Source: a bacterium (GTDB lineage Bacteria > Patescibacteriota > Patescibacteriia > JACPHY01). From it: 64,000 bases of DNA. Below the pieces are notes generated by a model that worked only from the letters and a program-made list of their open reading frames with translations, searched no databases and was not told where the DNA came from. This document shows positions 9,511 through 18,975 of the stretch, one piece after another. The position numbers were made by a program, and so were the translations under genes. Position 1 is the stretch's first letter. The number at the start of each line of letters is the position of its first letter. The DNA is taken from contig JAUSKM010000035.1 of the NCBI GenBank assembly GCA_030646955.1, forward strand, positions 3,944 through 67,943, given 5' to 3'.

Positions 9511-9972
9511 ATGGACATTTTTATGCAGTCCATGCATCGCATGATCGCGCTCCTACGCATTGCCATGGGGTGGGTTTTTTTGTCTGCGGGTCTTGAGAAG
9601 CTCCTCAAGGACGGCGGGTGGTCGGCCGCGGGGTACCTCAAGGGTGCCACCGGTCCGTTTGCGGATTTCTTTCACGCGATTGCCGGTGCTGCATGGGTTG
9701 ATCAGCTCAACATGTGGGGGCTGACGCTCATTGGTATCGCGCTCATTCTTGGCGTTGCGGTGCGGTGGTCGAGTTTCTGGGGCATTGTCTTGATGCTTCT
9801 CTACTATGGTGCAGGATTCGAGAGCAACACGGCACATGGGTGGCTGGATCAGCATGTATACTACTCGTTGGTGCTGTGCACGTTCCTCGTCCTTGGCGCA
9901 GGGAAGTGGTACGGACTTGATGCAAAACTCAAGGTTGCTCCGGCGGTGCGCCGCTGGGTGTTGAGCGGCTGA
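9511..9972 (+). CDS. DoxX family membrane protein
   Basis: About 150 aa with 4 TM helices and a DoxX-like N-terminus (LLRIAMGWVFLSAGLEKL). Confidence 0.65.
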   Translation: MDIFMQSMHRMIALLRIAMGWVFLSAGLEKLLKDGGWSAAGYLKGATGPFADFFHAIAGAAWVDQLNMWGLTLIGIALILGVAVRWSSFWGIVLMLLYYGAGFESNTAHGWLDQHVYYSLVLCTFLVLGAGKWYGLDAKLKVAPAVRRWVLSG

Positions 9973-10047
9973 TGTGCTCAACGGCATGTGGCCCACGTTT
10001 TTATGCCCGTGCTTGAAGTAAGGGGCTCGTAGCGAGCATCCTCCCTC

Positions 10048-11037
10048 ATGACCATCACAATTCTTGGTGCGGGAAACATGGGATGTGCGCTCGCGACGAT
10101 GCTCGCCGCGAATCGGCATCGTGTTCAACTGTGGTCGGTGGAAGCCGATGTCGTGCAGGATATTGAGCGGCATCATCGCACAGAGAAATATCTTCCAGGT
10201 ATCACGTTGGATGTGCGACGTATTCGCGCGACAGGGGACCTGGCAGCGGCATGTCGGGAGGCGGACGGTATTGTTGTGGCGGTACCGTCGCATGTCGTGG
10301 CCGCGGTTGCGCGTGATGCACGGCCGTTCCTGGCGGCGCGTGTGCCGGTGCTCTGCATCGCGAAGGGTATTGATGCACAGACGAATGCACCGCTGCCGTT
10401 TGTGCTTGCTGGTGCGCTGGGGCGGCAGCGTGGCGGCATCTGCGGGCTTGCGGGTCCGGCAGTGGCGGCGGAGTTTGTTCGGGGCACGCCGACGGCCGTG
10501 CTTGTTGCCGGATCGCCATCCGCCGCGGGCTTCTGGCAGCGTGTGTTTGCGCGGCCAACGTTCCATGTGCAGCGAAGCTCGGATGTCGTTGGTGTCTCCT
10601 GGGCAGCTGCGCTCAAGAACGTGTACGCCATTGCACTGGGGATGTGCGATGGCATGCAGTATGCGATGAACACGAAGGCACTGCTCGTTGAGCGGGCAAT
10701 CGCGGAGATGACGACGGTGCTGCGGCGCGTGCGTGCGCGGCCGGAGACGGTGTACGGTCTCGCAGGCATTGGCGACCTTGTGACGACGGGGTTCTCCGCG
10801 CACGGACGCAATCGCCAATTTGGTGAGCGTATCTGTGCAGGTGCGGATTGCGATATCCCTGCGGTGCTCGCCGTCACCACCGTCGAAGGCGTCGCGTGCG
10901 TTGCTGTCGTCCACGCGTGGGCGCAGCGTCATGGCGTGGCGCTTCCGCTCCTGGAGACCGTGTGGCGCGTCTGTCATCGGCATGCAGACCCCTGCCGGGC
11001 GTTAGAGCGGTACCTCCGCACCGCATATCAGGATTGA
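10048..11037 (+). CDS. gpsA: NAD(P)H-dependent glycerol-3-phosphate dehydrogenase
   Basis: N-terminal ILGAGNMGCALA Rossmann motif and GpsA-like length and blocks (KGID, GLAGIGDLVTT). Confidence 0.85.
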   Translation: MTITILGAGNMGCALATMLAANRHRVQLWSVEADVVQDIERHHRTEKYLPGITLDVRRIRATGDLAAACREADGIVVAVPSHVVAAVARDARPFLAARVPVLCIAKGIDAQTNAPLPFVLAGALGRQRGGICGLAGPAVAAEFVRGTPTAVLVAGSPSAAGFWQRVFARPTFHVQRSSDVVGVSWAAALKNVYAIALGMCDGMQYAMNTKALLVERAIAEMTTVLRRVRARPETVYGLAGIGDLVTTGFSAHGRNRQFGERICAGADCDIPAVLAVTTVEGVACVAVVHAWAQRHGVALPLLETVWRVCHRHADPCRALERYLRTAYQD

Positions 11038-11070
11038 CGAACGGAGAGCGCCGTACTACGATACAGTTCT

Positions 11071-11454
11071 ATGAAGAAGTCCATGATCATCGGTGTGCTC
11101 GGCGCATTGGTGCTGCTCGGTGGCGCAATCTTTTTCACGTCGCGCGGCAAACAGAATCCAGCAGCGGAGGCGTTGGCGTTGTGCCTCAAAGAAAAGGGCG
11201 TCGTTGAGTACGGTGCGTACTGGTGCCCGAATTGTCAGGAGCAGAAACAGCGGTTTGGCAGCGGCGCTAAGCTCATCGACTATGTGGAATGTGCGATGCC
11301 GGGCAATCCGCGCGCGCAGTCGCCCAAGTGCCAAGCTGCGGGCATCACCGGGTACCCCACATGGGTCTTTCCTGACGGGAATCGTCTCGTCGGTCTCCAG
11401 TCCCTCGAGCGCCTCGCCGAGGCCGCGGGGTGTGCGTATGCGCCGGCGAAGTAA
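11071..11454 (+). CDS. Membrane-anchored thioredoxin-like protein (CxxC = CPNC), likely redox partner of the adjacent VKOR
   Basis: GAYWCPNCQEQKQ motif with an N-terminal TM anchor. Located 9 nt upstream of the VKOR gene. Confidence 0.65.
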   Translation: MKKSMIIGVLGALVLLGGAIFFTSRGKQNPAAEALALCLKEKGVVEYGAYWCPNCQEQKQRFGSGAKLIDYVECAMPGNPRAQSPKCQAAGITGYPTWVFPDGNRLVGLQSLERLAEAAGCAYAPAK

Positions 11455-11463
11455 CGCCATGGT

Positions 11464-11967
11464 ATGAAGCGGCTCCTCCTTGCGATGATGACGTTGGCCG
11501 GGTTGGGTGTCGTTGTTGCGGGATATGGATTGTGGCAGCATTACGCGCCCGTTGGTTCGACGTTTTGCAATATCAATGAGACGTTTTCGTGCGATATCGT
11601 GAATAAGAGTGCGTGGTCTGAACTGTTTGGGATTCCCGTTGCGGCGATCGGGATACTGGGCTTCCTGGTCATCGGCGCACTCGCCGCGTCCGCGCGGCAG
11701 GCCGCGGTTGCTGCGCGACCGCAAGACGAGCGACAGACGGTGGTCGTCCTGGCCGTGCTTGCGGTCGCGGGGCTCATCTTCCAGGTGTGCTTGACGTACA
11801 TTGAGCTCTTCGTGATTGGGGCGGTGTGCCCCGTCTGTATCGTGTCACAGGTGCTCATTCTCGGCATTGCCGTGCTGGCAGTGATCGCGTGGCGTTTGCA
11901 TGTGCGCGGGAACGTGGCCGCGCAGCATGAAGCACCCCTCCCGGGAGGGGGAGGGGTGGAGCGCTAG
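11464..11967 (+). CDS. Vitamin K epoxide reductase (VKOR) family protein
   Basis: Loop cysteines FCNINETFSCD, membrane CxxC (CPVC), about 4 TM helices. The 3' end carries a palindromic GC element encoding PLPGGGGVER. Confidence 0.75.
   Translation: MKRLLLAMMTLAGLGVVVAGYGLWQHYAPVGSTFCNINETFSCDIVNKSAWSELFGIPVAAIGILGFLVIGALAASARQAAVAARPQDERQTVVVLAVLAVAGLIFQVCLTYIELFVIGAVCPVCIVSQVLILGIAVLAVIAWRLHVRGNVAAQHEAPLPGGGGVER
11933..11958. repeat. Palindromic element CACCCCTCCC-GGGAGG-GGGAGGGGTG at the 3' end of the VKOR CDS
   Basis: Same arms as the element at 30130-30157. Confidence 0.4.
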
Positions 11968-12348
11968 TTCGGGTGCCAGTCGAGCGTGCCGAAGATGAAG
12001 AGGTCTTCTTGTTGCTGGACGATCTGGACATGTCCGTAGTGTTCGCGAAGGATGGTCTGCGCGAGGAGGTACGGGAGGTAGAGCGTGTTGCATTGTGCCA
12101 GCATCGATCCGCTGACGTCGAGGAGCGATATGATGCTGGCGAGCTGTGGAGTGGCGACGTGTTGTGTATGTCGCAGTCCATGGAACAGCATGAGGAATGA
12201 CGTGGTGGCACCATGCGCATTGAGCATGGTTCGGAGACGCATTCCGGCAGAAATAACGCTGGGCATGCAAACCTCGTCGGAAGGTGCTGGTCCGAGTATA
12301 CACGGTCGTATTGATTGCGGCAAGCGGTTGCGCTACGCTGGACGTGAT

Positions 12349-12433
12349 GGTGGGATGGCCGAGTGGCCGATGGCGCACGCTTGGAAAGCGTGTGTACCGC
12401 AAGGTACCGTGGGTTCGAATCCCACTCCCACCG
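12349..12433 (+). tRNA. tRNA-Ser (anticodon GGA), class II with a long variable arm
   Basis: Manual fold. Acceptor GGTGGGA/TCCCACC, anticodon stem CACGC/GCGTG with loop TTGGAAA, long variable arm, T-loop GTTCGAATC, discriminator G, no encoded CCA. Confidence 0.85.
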
Positions 12434-12457
12434 TTTTTGATATTGCATGATTGCCCT

Positions 12458-13075
12458 ATGAAGAAGCGCGGCGCGGAGTTCCGACATTTGTTTTTGCGGG
12501 ACATGAATCCCGTGGTTCGGCTGCTCATTATTTCGGATGTCGTCATCATGGGAGCTGCGGGATTGTTCGGTCCGATTTTCGCATTGTTCGTGGAGGACTT
12601 CATCGTGGGAGGGAATGAGGCAGTTGCGGGGATTGCGGCCGGCGTCTACCTCTTTACCAAGAGCACGCTCCAGATTCCGATTGCCCACCTCATTGATCGC
12701 ATTCGCGGTGAGCGCGATGATTTCTGGTTGCTATTTGTGTTCTCGATGCTCATGGGATTGGTGCCGCTGCTCTACCTGGTGATTCGGACGCCGATTCAGC
12801 TCTACGCGGTGCAGTTGGTGCTTGGAATCTTTACCGCGTTCACGTTCCCCACGTTCATGGCGATGTTTACGCGACACATTGATCGTGCGAAGGAGGGGAC
12901 CGAGTGGGGTGTGTATTTCACGCTCGTGGACATGATGAGCGCCACGTTCGCGGTGGTGGGTGGATATGTTGCGGTGTCCGAGGGGTTCCCTGCCCTCATT
13001 ACGGTTGTCGTCATTCTTTCATTTATCGGTTCGTTGCTGCTCTGGCCGATCAGGCCATACATGCGGAAACGATAG
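12458..13075 (+). CDS. Hypothetical polytopic membrane protein (MFS-like half-transporter, ~6 TM)
   Basis: 205 aa, hydrophobic helices throughout. Start taken at the ATG after the tRNA. Confidence 0.5.
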   Translation: MKKRGAEFRHLFLRDMNPVVRLLIISDVVIMGAAGLFGPIFALFVEDFIVGGNEAVAGIAAGVYLFTKSTLQIPIAHLIDRIRGERDDFWLLFVFSMLMGLVPLLYLVIRTPIQLYAVQLVLGIFTAFTFPTFMAMFTRHIDRAKEGTEWGVYFTLVDMMSATFAVVGGYVAVSEGFPALITVVVILSFIGSLLLWPIRPYMRKR

Positions 13076-13087
13076 CAATACCTGCTC

Positions 13088-13126
13088 CGCACCGCTTGTC
13101 TCCGAGGAGACAAGCGGTGCGTTTTG
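13088..13126 (+). terminator. Rho-independent terminator GCACCGCTTGTCTCC...GGAGACAAGCGGTGC + TTTTG
   Basis: 15-bp perfect stem followed by a U-run. Confidence 0.6.
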
Positions 13127-13143
13127 TGTTATCCTTTCACGGT

Positions 13144-13713
13144 ATGCAGCGAGCATTCATCGTCCATGGGTGGCGGGGACACCCATTGGATGGGTGGTTT
13201 CCGTGGTTGCGCGCCGAGTTGGAGCGTGAGGGATTTTCGGTACAGGTGCCGCTCATGCGGTCGCCGTACCTGCCAACCCGAGAGACGTGGGTTCCGGCGT
13301 TACGCGCGCACATTGGTACGCCGACGGACGAGACCTATCTTGTGGGGTACTCGCTCGGATGTATCACCGTTCTGCGATACCTCGAGTCGCTGGGCGTGCA
13401 GCATCGCGTTGGTGGTGTGGTGCTCATTGCCGGATTCACGGACGATTTGGGGTACGCGGAGTTATTGGAGAGTTACTTTCCGTATCCACTTGCGTGGGAA
13501 CATGTGCGCGCTCGCTCGTTGAACGGATTCATTGCAATTTCTTCCGATAACGATCAGTATGTTCCATTGACACATGCAGACGTTTTTCGGCAGCAACTCC
13601 ACGCGACACTCATCGTGTTACACGGGATGCGTCATTTTGAAGAATCGACAGGCATCCGTGAATTTCCTGAAGCCCGCGACGCGGTACTGCGGCTGGCAGG
13701 ATTTTCGCGCTAG
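13144..13713 (+). CDS. Alpha/beta hydrolase, YdeN/RBBP9-like serine hydrolase
   Basis: GxSxG nucleophile elbow GYSLG and a length (~189 aa) typical of the Ser_hydrolase family. Confidence 0.65.
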   Translation: MQRAFIVHGWRGHPLDGWFPWLRAELEREGFSVQVPLMRSPYLPTRETWVPALRAHIGTPTDETYLVGYSLGCITVLRYLESLGVQHRVGGVVLIAGFTDDLGYAELLESYFPYPLAWEHVRARSLNGFIAISSDNDQYVPLTHADVFRQQLHATLIVLHGMRHFEESTGIREFPEARDAVLRLAGFSR

Positions 13714-13809
13714 CGATCTTCGGGACAGGCGGCGTTCTCCTTGCTACGGTGAAGGAGGGATGAACGGGCGCATTGACGTTGTGGGACGCTGTGCGATACT
13801 GCGGGGCAT

Positions 13810-14718
13810 ATGGCATGGTTCACGCGATTCGGAATTGTAGCGGCCCTCGCACTCCTGGGTTGGTTTGGGTGGGCTGGGCGCGAGGCGTATATTGCTGAGA
13901 CACCAGCAGGTGTCTCGGTGATTGTGCGTGCGGAATCGCCGGAACCTGCAGCGGATGCGGCGTTACCCGTACCCGAAGCGGAAGGGGCGCTAGCAACGCA
14001 GGATCCCGCACCCGCTTCATCAGTACCACCGGTAGTGCGTCCTGCTCCTGCGCAAACGCCTCCTCCCGCACCTCGTCCAACACCTGCACCGGCATCACCC
14101 CCACCACCCGTTCAAGTGGAGCAGCAGGGAACGTCCGATGCGCCGCGCGTCGTGCGTCTCACGGTTCCGTTCGTTTCCCAGGCACCCTATCGCATCTGGC
14201 TGCCACCGTACAAAGAGTTCTGCGAGGAAGCATCCGTGTACACGATGCACCTCTTCCTCCAGGGCATGCCCGTCGGGAGCGCGAGTGATTTGGATGCGGC
14301 GCTCCAGGACATCCAGCGATGGGAGATCGAGCACATTGGATACTGGGAGGACACCACCGCAGCCGAGACCGTGCGTATTTTGCGGGAGAAATTTGGGTAT
14401 ACCAACGCGCGGGTCATTCCAGATGTAACGCAGGCTATGATCAAGGAGCGGATTGCTGCCGGCAGACCAGTCATCGTTCCCCTCCGCGGGCAGGAGGTGG
14501 ACTCCCCGTACTACACGCCGCCGGGTCCTCTCTATCACATGCTCGTCATCATCGGGTACGATGATGCAACGGGGGAGTGGATTACGAATGATGTAGGCAC
14601 GAACACGAAGGGCGCGGGACAGCGGTATGCCTACGACGATCTTTACGATGCGCTGGCGGATTGGTCGCATGAAGATGGTGCGCCCATCGGGGGGAAGATG
14701 ATGATCGTGGTGGAATAA
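13810..14718 (+). CDS. Membrane-anchored peptidase C39-like domain protein with a Pro/Ala-rich linker
   Basis: N-terminal TM, then a PAPAQTPPPAPRPTPAP linker and a VPFVSQAPY...FCEEASVYTMHLF block resembling C39_2 papain-like peptidases. Upstream promoter-like TTGACG-N16-GATACT. Confidence 0.5.
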   Translation: MAWFTRFGIVAALALLGWFGWAGREAYIAETPAGVSVIVRAESPEPAADAALPVPEAEGALATQDPAPASSVPPVVRPAPAQTPPPAPRPTPAPASPPPPVQVEQQGTSDAPRVVRLTVPFVSQAPYRIWLPPYKEFCEEASVYTMHLFLQGMPVGSASDLDAALQDIQRWEIEHIGYWEDTTAAETVRILREKFGYTNARVIPDVTQAMIKERIAAGRPVIVPLRGQEVDSPYYTPPGPLYHMLVIIGYDDATGEWITNDVGTNTKGAGQRYAYDDLYDALADWSHEDGAPIGGKMMIVVE

Positions 14719-14730
14719 CGGTACGCATGT

Positions 14731-15243
14731 ATGACCGCATCGGTGCTGGTTGGCGGTGCGCTTTTTGTGCTGCTCATGGTGACGCTCGTCACCTTCGCAT
14801 ACGCCGGGCTGCGCGCGGCACCGTGGGTACCTACACGCACAGGAGATGTGGAGCGATTCGTGCGCATGGCGCGTCTCCGGCCTGGCGAGCGGTTCTACGA
14901 TATCGGGTGCGGCGATGGGCGCCTCGTTTCCGCCGCGGCACACGCGGGCGCGGATGCGGTGGGATTCGAATGCTCCCTGTTGCCCTACGCGCTTTCCTGG
15001 CTGCGTCCGGGCGCGCGCGGCCGTGTGCGCTATCGTGATTTTTGGCATCAGCCCCTCCATGACGCTGATGTCATCTACTGCTGGCTCATGCCCGGGGTGT
15101 ATCCCAAACTCAAGGCGAAGTTCGAACGTGAATGCAGGCCCGGAACGCGCATCGTACTCTACGTTTGGCCAATGGAAGGATGGGCACCGCACGAAGTAGA
15201 TATCGCGGAGGGAAGTCCGAAATTGTACGCGTATACACTATGA
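14731..15243 (+). CDS. Class I SAM-dependent methyltransferase (small)
   Basis: Motif I YDIGCGDGRLV after an N-terminal TM helix. Confidence 0.6.
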   Translation: MTASVLVGGALFVLLMVTLVTFAYAGLRAAPWVPTRTGDVERFVRMARLRPGERFYDIGCGDGRLVSAAAHAGADAVGFECSLLPYALSWLRPGARGRVRYRDFWHQPLHDADVIYCWLMPGVYPKLKAKFERECRPGTRIVLYVWPMEGWAPHEVDIAEGSPKLYAYTL

Positions 15244-15620
15244 AAATCGTGCTCACGGCCACCGATCAGGCGATGCAGTTCATGCGTCGGGCGGGATACG
15301 GGTACCAGAAGGAAAACGGCGGTGAGGTTGCGTTCATTCGGCGTGTTGGTGGCTCGGATTTCCCGCGGTACCATGCGTACGTTGTGGAAACAGGGAACAC
15401 GGAACGAGGGACAAGGAACCTCCAGATTAATCTCCATGTGGACCAGAAGGCGCCGACGTATGGGAGCGGAAAGGCGCACAGTGGCGAGTATAATGGGTCG
15501 CTCGTGGAGCAGGAGGGAGCGCGCCTGCGCGGACTGGTGACGATGCGTCCTGAAGAGCGGAGTACAGAGAGCGGAGAGCAGGAAGGGAAGAAGGGATTTT
15601 TCGGCCGTCTGTTTTCTTAG
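15240..15620 (+). CDS. Hypothetical protein (126 aa)
   Basis: ATGA overlap with the upstream stop. No recognised family. Confidence 0.4.
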   Translation: MKIVLTATDQAMQFMRRAGYGYQKENGGEVAFIRRVGGSDFPRYHAYVVETGNTERGTRNLQINLHVDQKAPTYGSGKAHSGEYNGSLVEQEGARLRGLVTMRPEERSTESGEQEGKKGFFGRLFS

Positions 15621-15649
15621 CGTGCAGCTGTCGGCCTGTAACTCTCCGT

Positions 15650-17539
15650 GTGTCTACCACCGACGACATCAAAGCGAAGATCGATCTCGTGGACTATCTC
15701 CGCGAGCAGGGATTGGTGCTCAAGCAAGCGGGGCAAAGCTTTAAGGCGTGCTGTCCGTTTCACAATGAGAAGTCGCCGTCCTTCATGGTGAACCGACAGA
15801 AGCAGGTGTGGTTCTGCTTCGGGTGCTCCAAGGGCGGCGATCTGTTTTCGTACGTGCAAGAGCGGGAAGGGTTGGAGTTTGGTGAGACGCTGCGGTTGCT
15901 CGCCGAGCGCGCCGGCGTGCAGTTGGAGGCGCGTGATCCGCGTTTGGAGGGCGCCAAGACGCGTGCGCTCACGGTGCTAGAGGCCGCGACGACGTTCTTC
16001 CAGCGGACGTTGCAGCAATCGACGGTTGCGCAGCAGTACGTTGCGCGCCGCGGGATTTCGGATGCGATGCTGACACAATTTCAGATCGGCTACGCGCCGG
16101 ATCGTTGGGATACGCTCTCGACGCATCTCATGCAGCAGGGATTCCGAACGCAGGAGATCGTAGACGCGGGAATGGCGCTCCCAAGCCGCAAACAGACATC
16201 AGATGTTGAAGACGCGAATGGCGGCATGCAGGCGGGGTCGCGTATCTACGATCGCTTTCGACATCGGCTCATGTTTCCCATCCACGATGTGCATGGACGG
16301 GTGATCGGATTCACGGGGCGAATCCTCGATGGCGGTACGACAAGTGGGGATGCCCCTGCCAAGTATGTGAATACGCCAGAGTCGCCGGTGTACAAGAAGC
16401 AGGCGGTCGTGTACGGACTCGTGTTCGCAAAAGAGGCAATTCGGACCGCGGGGTACGCGTTGCTCGTGGAGGGGCAGATGGATGTGGTAACATCACACGC
16501 GGCGGGGCTTGCGCAGACCGTAGCAACATCCGGTACCGCATTCACGGAGCAACAGCTTCGACTGCTCAAGCGGTTCACCGAGCGTCTCCATCTCGCGTTT
16601 GATGCGGACAGTGCGGGGCAGGACGCGGCGATGCGCAGTATTGATGCGGCGCTGGACGCCGGGTTCGACGTGCGTGTGGTGCAGGCGCCGCGGCATGCAG
16701 ACGGCACGCCGATAGGGAAGGATGCGGACGAGTGCTTGCGCGCGGACGCGGATGCGTGGCGTGCGGCGGTTGCGAATGCGCCGGCGGTGTTGGACCACAC
16801 GATCGCCCGTGTCCGTACGACGTTCGACTGTACGACGCCAACCGGAAAACGTGACGCAGGCCACATGCTCCTGGATCGACTCCAGCACGTTGCCGATCCC
16901 ATTGAACGTGCGGCGTGGATCGCGCGCAGTGCGGATGCGATTGGCGTGCCGGAGTCAGCGCTCCGTGAGGTGGTGAACGCAGCCGTGCGTCGCGCGCGAC
17001 AGCAGCCGCGTGCGGCAGGTGCTGCCGGGCCAACTGACCGTGGTCGGCAACTCCAAGGGGGCACAAGCGCGGCGCCCGTGGCTGATCCGGCGGAGCGGTT
17101 TGGCAATCGTCTCCTCGCGCTCATGTTGCGCCATCGGGAGCAGACACAGGTGGTCTTTGACCGGTTCCCTGTGGATAACCTTCCGTCCAATCGACAGCAA
17201 GAATTGTACAAAACGCTACAGATCAGCTACGCTAAGCAGGAGTCGCTCCATTCAGCGAATTTTGCTGATGCAGAGCAACGCGGATATGTTGAGCGCCTGG
17301 AGCTCTTTGCGGATCGTGAATTTTCGGATTTGCGCGATGCGTCGATCGTACGAGAAATCGACCAGTGCGTCCGCGAGCTCCGCCGCTTCGCCATTACTCG
17401 GCAGCTCCACGGTATTGCCCAGCGTCTGAAAGGACTCGAGCACGAACGCGCACCTGACGGCGCGCGTGATGAGGTGCTTGAGCTTGAACACGCATTTCTT
17501 CAGCTCACGAATGAACTCTCATCGCTCCACTCGGGGTGA
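15650..17539 (+). CDS. dnaG: DNA primase
   Basis: CHC2 zinc finger CCPFHNEKSPSFMV...FCFGCSKGGD, TOPRIM block LLVEGQMDVV, GTG start, and dnaG-rpoD synteny. Confidence 0.9.
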   Translation: MSTTDDIKAKIDLVDYLREQGLVLKQAGQSFKACCPFHNEKSPSFMVNRQKQVWFCFGCSKGGDLFSYVQEREGLEFGETLRLLAERAGVQLEARDPRLEGAKTRALTVLEAATTFFQRTLQQSTVAQQYVARRGISDAMLTQFQIGYAPDRWDTLSTHLMQQGFRTQEIVDAGMALPSRKQTSDVEDANGGMQAGSRIYDRFRHRLMFPIHDVHGRVIGFTGRILDGGTTSGDAPAKYVNTPESPVYKKQAVVYGLVFAKEAIRTAGYALLVEGQMDVVTSHAAGLAQTVATSGTAFTEQQLRLLKRFTERLHLAFDADSAGQDAAMRSIDAALDAGFDVRVVQAPRHADGTPIGKDADECLRADADAWRAAVANAPAVLDHTIARVRTTFDCTTPTGKRDAGHMLLDRLQHVADPIERAAWIARSADAIGVPESALREVVNAAVRRARQQPRAAGAAGPTDRGRQLQGGTSAAPVADPAERFGNRLLALMLRHREQTQVVFDRFPVDNLPSNRQQELYKTLQISYAKQESLHSANFADAEQRGYVERLELFADREFSDLRDASIVREIDQCVRELRRFAITRQLHGIAQRLKGLEHERAPDGARDEVLELEHAFLQLTNELSSLHSG

Positions 17540-17595
17540 GTAGGGACATGTGAACGCCTCACGGGCGCTGCCTGGGAGGTGAGTATGCATTTGGT

Positions 17596-18906
17596 ATGGC
17601 GCACAAGAAGACCAAAGCGATGAAGCGGCGCGTCGTCGCGCCGAAGAAGAAGGGCACCATGAAGAAGGTGGTGCCGAAGAAGCGGCCCGCAGCGAAGAAG
17701 CGTGCGCCGATTACGAGGCATCCGGTCGTCAGGAAGATGGCGCCGAAGGTGAAAGCGGCACCGACGCCAATGCCAAAGCCGCGCGTTGTCGCGCTTCCTG
17801 TCGCGCCGCCAAAGGAAGCGATGGATATCCTTGTTCAGAAGGGGCAGGTTCGGAATTTTATTACCGAGACGGAATTGCTCTACGCCTTCCGAGAGCTGGA
17901 GGAGCATATTGTTGAGTTTGAAGATTTCTTGGATCACCTCGAGCGCATCGGTATCCAGATTATCGAGACGGGCGGCGAGGTGCTGGGTCGGCGTGAAGAG
18001 ATCCATGGGGTGGTACATCGCGGGAAAGAAACGAAGGGCGGCAAGAAATCCAAAAAGACGAAGCGCGCTGAAATCCCGGAGCTCACTGCGGATTCTATTC
18101 AGATGTACCTTCGCGAGATCGGACGCGTGCCGCTCCTGACACCAAAGGAGGAGGTGCAGCTCGCTAAGCGAAAGGACCGGAATGATCGTGAGGCAGCAAA
18201 GCGCCTCATCGAGGCGAACCTGCGACTCGTCGTCTCCATTGCCAAGAAGTTCGTCGGCAAGCAGCTCTCGCTTCTGGATCTTATCCAAGAGGGCAACATC
18301 GGACTTTTCCGCGCGGTGGAGAAATTTGACTACCGCTAAGGATACAAGTTTTCCACGTATGCGACATGGTGGATTCGTCAATCCATCACGCGTGCGCTCG
18401 CAGACCAGTCCCGCACCATTCGCATCCCCGTGCACATGGTGGAGACCATTAACAAGTTCCAGCAGATTGAGCGTCGGCTCATTCAGGACCTTGGCCGCGA
18501 GCCGATGCCGGAGGAAATTGCATCGGAAATGGGCGAGCCGATTGACAAGGTGAACCACATCATCAAAATTTCCCAGGACACCGTCTCGTTGGAAACATCG
18601 GTGGGCGAGAGCGATGAGGACTCCACGCTTTCGGATTTCATCGAGGATATGCGCACCATGACGCCGGATCGCGCTGCGGCGCTGCAGCTCCTGCGGGATT
18701 ATGTGAAGAACATCGTGAAGGAGCTCACCCCGCGCGAGCAGAAGATTCTCGATATGCGTTTCGGGCTCACGGACGGCGTTCCGCACACGTTGGAGGAGGT
18801 CGGTCGTGAATTTGATGTCACGCGCGAGCGTATCCGCCAGATTGAGGCGAAGGCGCTTGAGCGGATTCAGACCATGCAGGATGTGGAGAAATTGAAGGAC
18901 TACTAG
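17596..18906 (+). pseudogene. rpoD: RNA polymerase sigma-70 factor RpoD/SigA reading frame interrupted by one in-frame TAA at 18337-18339
   Basis: The N-terminal part ends ...[14 protein letters not shown] and the same frame continues [39 protein letters not shown] through regions 3 and 4. The stop replaces the conserved K/R of FDY(R/T)KGYKF. The track gives two ORFs, 17596..18339 and 18430..18906, in the same frame. Confidence 0.7.
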
Positions 18907-18975
18907 CACGGCATGTGTTGAGCAGATGAACGGAGAGACGCAGATGTCTTTTGGGTACATGGTACGCAGTCATGT

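Noticed and set aside
12284-12457. Upstream extension of the membrane-protein ORF (track start 12284) and ORF 12085..12450
   Set aside because: Both run through the tRNA-Ser gene (12349-12433). The real protein starts at the ATG at 12458, after the tRNA.
14988-15000. GGGATTCGAATGC resembling a tRNA T-loop inside the methyltransferase gene
   Set aside because: No flanking acceptor or anticodon stems can be drawn, and it lies in a well-supported coding frame.
18337-18339. Possibility that TAA is reassigned as a sense codon, with the genetic code altered
   Set aside because: TAA terminates several well-aligned genes at the expected C-termini (gatC, gatA, mraZ, the post-lexA small ORF). A single in-frame occurrence is better explained by error, variant or local read-through.
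17500-18960. 486-aa minus-strand ORF antisense to rpoD. Similar long antisense ORFs at 31984..34866 (960 aa), 9553..10983, 24312..25859, 22945..24159 and 11845..12688
   Set aside because: They are Arg/His/Pro-rich and low-complexity with no motifs. They lie exactly opposite well-supported + strand genes, as expected for stop-poor antisense frames in high-GC DNA.
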